Shown piece after piece: positions 57,538 to 64,000 of a DNA stretch of 64,000 nucleotides (positions are counted from its first letter, which is position 1; every line of letters begins with the position of its first letter). A program made the position numbers and the translations under genes. The notes below the pieces were generated by a model, which saw nothing but the letters and a program-made list of their open reading frames with translations, did no database searches and was not told the DNA's origin. This DNA is from Octopus vulgaris (taxonomy: Eukaryota), in contig OX597830.1 in assembly GCA_951406725.2 (NCBI GenBank), positions 24,242,001-24,306,000 of the forward strand, given 5' to 3'.

Positions 57538-57677
57538 TGTGTATATATGTATATATGGGGAGAGAGAGAAGTGGGAAGTGAGGGAGACATAGATAGATAG
57601 ATTGATAGATAGATAGATAGATAGATAACGGTTGCACTAAACTACGCCATTATAAATATGAATACAGTTCATGTATG

Positions 57678-57737
<60 letters not shown>

Positions 57738-58000
57738 TTATATATATCTTGTTGTTTGCAAGATATATATAAATATATACATATATATATATATATATAT
57801 GCATGTATGTAATGCATGTATATAAACATTTGTGTGTAATTATATATATATCTATATACACATGTGATATATCTACATATATGTCTATACATCAATCAAT
57901 CTACCTATCTATTTATGTATACATACATACATACAAGAATACATATGCATATATATATATATATACACATATATACATAATGTATGTATATGAACACCTG

Positions 58001-58031
<31 letters not shown>

Positions 58032-58433
58032 ACACACTTTTATATATAATTACATATACATGTGCACGTACACACATACACACGTACACGCAATTAGAGC
58101 GCAACAGAGGGAGATAAACAAATCGACGTACGTATATATGCTTCAGTTTGAGTCCGTTGCATGCGTGTTTGTGCTTGTGTGCGCATGTGTGCATGTGTCT
58201 GTACAGTCACCCACGTATACTAAGACATCGCTTCATCATTGGCAGCCGCCGCAAGCTGTTATCAAAACTCTACTTCAAATTGATATTTGAAAAGAAATAT
58301 TTCTTTTGTTTTAAATCATCGTTTAAAGTAACTTTGTGATGGAGACTGTTACTCTCTAAACGACGACGTTATACAGAATCGGTAGATCGTAATATTTGAC
58401 GGTATGGACGTTAGTGATTTGTCGTCGAAGATT

Positions 58434-58760
58434 AATGGCGGCTCTGTTTTGCTGGTAGATAGTTGGTAGTAAATGGTAGCTTATATACATGGCGGATAAT
58501 GGTGGCAAGGTGATAGTTTGAATTTGGTTAAATGGCGGTCTATGTTTGTTAGGAAATAGCTAGTAAAAAGGAAGCTTTTATATATGCCGGCTAATAGTAG
58601 TTAGATGGTAATCTGTGTTTGGTTAAATGGCGGTCTCTGCTGGTTAATAAATGGTTAGCAAATAGAAGCTTATATAAATGGCTGTTAATGGTGGTAAGAT
58701 GGTAGTATGAATTAGGTTAAATAGCGGTCTATGAATGTTAGATGATGGCGATAAGATAGT
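58434..58760. repeat. Degenerate minisatellite, unit about 95 bp, about 3.3 copies
   Basis: aatggcgg(t)ct recurs at 58434, 58531, 58626 and 58720, with internal agctt(t)atata and terminal ggtta. Confidence 0.75.
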
Positions 58761-58838
58761 TATCGTAGATTGCGGTTAGATGTCAGTGTATGGTGGTTTG
58801 ATAGTCGTCAGAAATGACGGTTAGACAGTGGTTTAATA

Positions 58839-59798
58839 CTAGCAAATCTACCCATCTACGATGAAAGCATAAAGTGAGTGAGGGAAGTCATAAAAGCAGT
58901 GTGCATTGAGGATTGTGTAAATGGACATGATAGATTACTGGGTGATGTCTTAGAGAGATCACATTATTGTTGGTGATACAGCATTCTATTGCAGCTAAAT
59001 GACATGTGTTTGCGTTTAAGTGACATGTGGTGACGATTCACGCCTGAACAGAAATAGGCTCCCAGCATCTGTATCATGAATGGTTATGTGGATCACTCCT
59101 AACGAAAGCCAAACCTTCCTTCGACCACTACATAAAAAGTATTAAAGAAAATTTTTTATTTCAGATATACTTTTATTTTAGTTGTTTACACTATTTTACG
59201 CTTGTTTATCTTTTTATATATTCGAATTTCACAAATTTCCTTATTTAAATTATTACTCATATTCATTTCGATAATATCAATATGATTGCAAAACCTCTTT
59301 GTAGACGATATTTTCTGTTTGGTCGGCACTAATTTTCAAATTACTGGAGCTCGTTGCTCTCCTCGTAGCGATGCATAACTGACCGTGTGTAACCATCAGA
59401 GTGAGTAAAAATACGCCTATATGATCTAAAGTCTGGCCTTGTGCCTTGTTTGCTGTGAATGTGTGAGCGGAATCTTTAAGAATCCGCCCATCTACGATGG
59501 GAAATAATGGGAAAGTATCGCAAATCTAACCCCTCTAAATTCACGAACACTACGGGATGGAGAATCCAGAGTTAATCTTCGTCGCCGGAATTTTAACAAA
59601 AAACATCAAAGTCGATTTATTAATACAAAACTCAATATCCACTAAATAATCATACTTTTTCACATTTTTTATTTTCACTAAAAACCTTCCTGATTACTTC
59701 TTTCGTAATCCCGAAAAACATCGTGACCATTGGTCCAGCCGTTTGACTGTGAAAAGGAAACATACGGCCAGATGAACATAACACCGACTCTAGTAAGA
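58839..59798 (-). mobile_element. Complete non-autonomous Helitron (about 960 bp)
   Basis: Minus strand begins a|TCTTACTAG...aaacggctggaccaat and ends catcgtagatgggtagatttgCTAG|t. Inserted between A and T, no TSD. Confidence 0.7.
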
Positions 59799-60183
59799 TG
59801 GTGGTTAATCGTGGTTTGCAGAGTGATTATATGATGGCTGATGTATGCTTATGTTAGTTTGCTGGTAGTGTGATGGTGGTTGTAAATGGGGACTAACTGA
59901 TGGGGGCTAATGTTGATTATTATATTTTGTGTATGAGTGCAGTGGATAAGGTAGTACTTTGAAGAATGTTTTTAACTGGCACTCCGTCGATTACGACGAC
60001 GAGGCTTTCTAATTCAGCTAATCAAGTGAACAGCATGCTCGTGATTCTTTTAGGCTTTAGGCTTTAGGCATTAGGAGTATATATTGACTATTATATCCGG
60101 CCCTGAGACATTTCAGTTTTTAAATTTTTCTATATCTTTGTCAGTGCCTATGACAAGAAAAGGTCAAAAATCATCATGTAAAT

Positions 60184-60955
60184 AAGAGGTTCTCAACGTG
60201 GGCGATACCGTCCCCAAAGGGGCGCAGGGCATTTTGAAGGGGGCGCCAGGCTTTAAGGGTCAGTGAAGTAACATAACATAATAAATTTTACCTTAAGTAG
60301 TAATCATGTTATATATAATCCTTTCTATTATAGGCATAAGGCCTGAAATTCGCGGGGAGGGTGTGAGTCGATTAGATCGACCCCAGTACGCAACTGATAC
60401 TTAATTTATCGACCCCGAAAGGATGAAAGGTAAAGTCGAACTCGGTGGAATTTGAAATCATCGTTAATATACATAAAAAATCTAGTAATGATTATTAAAA
60501 AGAAAATGAGATATCACCAGGCACAGGGAAGCCATTAACTTGCAATACTTAAAGTAAATTTATATTTTTTTCTTTTTAATTTTTTTTATCATTTTACTGA
60601 TAAAAGCTTAACACTTTAGCATTCACCCGGCCAGATCCGGCCAAAATATTCGCCAGATCCAACATTTCATGCCGACCTTACAATGTCATTCTAAAGATAA
60701 ACAATCACATCATTGAAATCTCAAAGGTATGAGATAATGTATGATTAATTCAAAGCAATGTGAATGAATAAGCATTAGATTTGATCAAATAATCTGAATA
60801 CCAAAGGATTAACCAATCCATTTTTAGAGTAAAATTTATAAATAATCCTCCATGTTAAAAGTCAGTTTAGTGGTGACACCTCACTCGCCACTGGGCACTA
60901 GGCATCACAACTACTGAAAGGAAGCGGGTTACAAAAAAAGGGTCAATAAACACTG
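60184..60955. mobile_element. hAT/Charlie-like non-autonomous element with nested SINE C (60335-60460) and piggyBac-like MITE
   Basis: Degenerate TIRs aagaggttctcaac / gtcaataaacactg; 8-bp TSD atgtaaat / gtctaaat (6 of 8 match). Confidence 0.55.
60608..60812. mobile_element. piggyBac-like MITE
   Basis: TTAA-cactttagcattca...tgaataccaaagga-TTAA. Confidence 0.65.
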
Positions 60956-61195
60956 GTCTAAATGCAAGGTACCTATTTTATTTATTGTTTAGTTTTAAGT
61001 TTCAGTTTGCTTTGTGTATTTGAATCTCTGTGTGTATGTGTGTGTGAGAGAGAGAGTGTGTGTGTGAGAGAGAGTGTGTGTGAGAGACAGAGAGAGAGAG
61101 TATATGTGTGAGAGAGAGTGTATGTGAGAGAGAGAGAGAGAGAGAGTGTGTGTGTGCGAGAGAGAGCGTGTGTGTGAGAGAGAGAATGAGAGAGA

Positions 61196-61229
<34 letters not shown>

Positions 61230-61855
61230 AAGAGAGTGAGAGAGTGTGTGTGTGCGAGAGAGAGCGTGTGTGTGAGAGAGAGAGAGAGTGTGTGTGTGTG
61301 TGAGAGAGAGAGAGTGTGTGAGAGATAGAGAGGGTGCATGTGAGAGAGAGAGAGTGCGTGTGTGTGTTTGTTTGTGTTTGTGTGTGTATGTATGTGTGTG
61401 TGTTTGTGTGTGTGTGAGTGTGTGTTTGTGTCTCTGTGTGTATGTATGTGTGTGTGCTTGTGTGTGAGTGTGTGTTTGTGTGTGTGAGTGTGTGTGTATG
61501 TGTTTGTGTGTGTGTATGTATGTGGGTGTGTGTATATGTGTGAGTGTGTGTGTGTGAGTATGTGTGTTTGTATGTATGTGTGTGTGTATGTGTGGGCATA
61601 TGTGTTGATGGTTCTTTTTTCTAGAAATCTCTGATAGGGGTATTTCTTTGAAGTTGCAGTCTGGGTATATTCTTTAAAGTGGTTAGTGTGACATGAGAAT
61701 TGGTGGCACCGTTGTTCTTGTCGCTGTTGTCGTGGTTGTTGGTGTTCTTGATGTTGTTGTTATTGTTCTTGTTAACGATGGCAATGACGGTGATGATGAT
61801 GCTGATGACGACGACGACGACGACGACGATGATGATGATGATAATGATGATGATA

Positions 61856-61920
<65 letters not shown>

Positions 61921-62086
61921 AGTGATGGTGATGGTGTTGGAGTTGGTGGTGGTGATGGTGGTGGTAACAGTGGCAATAACGATGGCGACAGTGATGCTGC
62001 TCCTACTGCTCCTCCCCTCCCTTCCTCCTCCTCCATTTCCTCCTACTCCTCCTTCTCCTTTCCTACTTCTCCTCCTCCCCCTCCTC

Positions 62087-62121
<35 letters not shown>

Positions 62122-62195
62122 TGTCATCAACACTAAAGTGATGATGGCAATGATGATAACGATGATGAAGTTGAAGATAATGATAATGATGATGA

Positions 62196-62235
<40 letters not shown>

Positions 62236-62244
62236 AACGACAAC

Positions 62245-62325
<81 letters not shown>

Positions 62326-62723
62326 AATGATGATGTTTACTCTGCATTATATTCTGTTATTTGTTTTGTGGTTTTATATTGAATACAAATGTTTCCTAGT
62401 ATTCTCTTTGTTTCTTCGTTCATTTTCATGTTGTTGTCTTTTTCGTTGTTGTTGTTGTTGTTGTTATTGTTGTTGTTGCTGTTTATTATGTATTCGGTTG
62501 TTTTCCTTGTTTACTTGTTTGATGTTCACTTTTATTTCGGTTGTTTTATATGGTTTGTTTGCTACGAGATTGTCTCTGGTTTTTATAACACCGGCTATTT
62601 CTGGTTTGTAATTGAGATTGTATATTTTGCGTTGTTGCCTCGCAAGATTTATCTGTTTGTTTTGTTTTGTTTTTTGCTTTGTTTGTTTTCGGATGCGTCT
62701 ATAATTATTTTGTTGACTGGATG

Positions 62724-62757
<34 letters not shown>

Positions 62758-62781
62758 CACGTATGTATGTATGTATGTATG

Positions 62782-62840
<59 letters not shown>

Positions 62841-62883
62841 TATACATGTATATATATATATATTTATATTTATATATACGTTT

Positions 62884-62917
<34 letters not shown>

Positions 62918-63036
62918 ATGTATGTATGTATGTATCAAGGGTTGAAAAAAGAATACAACAAGGAGAAAAGTTAGACGAAATCAGAGTAAACGACAGATAC
63001 ATATGTATGCCTATATATATATACATATGTATATGT

Positions 63037-63120
<84 letters not shown>

Positions 63121-64000
63121 GTATACACACACATATATATATACATGTATGTATGTATGTATGTATGTATGTATGTATGTATGTATGTATGTATATATTA
63201 GTGACTGGTAATTCTGAATTCTGAAAATCTTGATTCGCTTTGTTGACGAAACTCACTCCTTCGGGCTTCTTAATTTTTTATTTATTTCTCTATTTAGTTA
63301 TTTTATTTATTTATTTATTTATTTATTTATTCAATTATTTATTTTGAAGTTTCTGAAAGTGATTTTTTGTTTGTTTGTTTTTTTGTTGTTGTTTTTTTTT
63401 TTTTTACATTGATTTGTGAATGCGTTGTAATGATAATTGGTAGGTGGTCCTTTGGAAAATATGGTGGTTGTTTTGCCAAGTTGTTACGGTAGCTAGCTGT
63501 GCGACGTAAAATATAATGCCCGGAGAAGAGATGCTGTAGTTGGCTTGATACGGTATGCGTGTCGGTATGGATTGTTTTTGTTATAAGGGGAGTTTAGTTG
63601 GACTGCTATTATGCACTGTTAGCTGAACAGGTTAAAAGGCCAAGAGTTGTTGAACGTGTTGAAATCTCTTACATTTATAGTGTTTCTGCGGGTATTACAC
63701 TTTGACTGCGTAATTAAATTTCAGGGTCATTCCTGTAATAACGTTAATTATCCAACGAAAAATAAAACAGATATATTTTGCTTCTGCAATGCTTCTTTAG
63801 TATCTCTTGTAGAAACGGTTTTCATATAATCTCCACTAAAATATTTGGTTTTTGCTCCGTGAAGTGTTGTATAATGAAATATGTGAAAAAACTTAGAAAA
63901 TCCAAAAAATTGTCTTTCATAAAATGTGTCCCTGAAAGAGTCGCCACTTCTTGCCGCTTAAGAAAAGGGTTGTTTTTTTTTTCAAAACCCTGGGGTAAAA

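Noticed and set aside
60048-60075. Telomere-like (TTTAGGC)3 at a SINE truncation
   Set aside because: Only three 7-mers and not TTAGGG, so chance slippage is sufficient.
61621-62611. Long poly-D/M/H ORFs
   Set aside because: (GAT)n, (GAC)n and (GTT)n microsatellites.

Overview
AT-rich, microsatellite-saturated, non-genic animal DNA. It is most likely octopus/cephalopod, judged from my recall of the SINE families and not from a database check. No intact host gene is recognisable, and almost all ORF-track entries are microsatellite read-throughs. The window holds a broken Helitron PIF1-type helicase and several non-autonomous Helitrons, fragments of Tx1/L1, RTE, RLE-type (R4/NeSL-like) and Penelope-like retroelements, three abundant SINE families, several MITEs/foldbacks, and an orphan 5.8S-ITS2-28S rDNA piece fused to a SINE head. 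The strongest unannotated signal is about 13 minimal type-I hammerhead-ribozyme-like motifs. Most lie in short non-coding elements embedded in (TA)n tracts, show stem-I covariation and palindromic stem III, and carry unusual core variants (A6U, A3-U8). This suggests a family of Penelope-dependent, retrozyme-like RNAs. Repeat boundaries are read by eye and are approximate unless a TSD or TIR is quoted.
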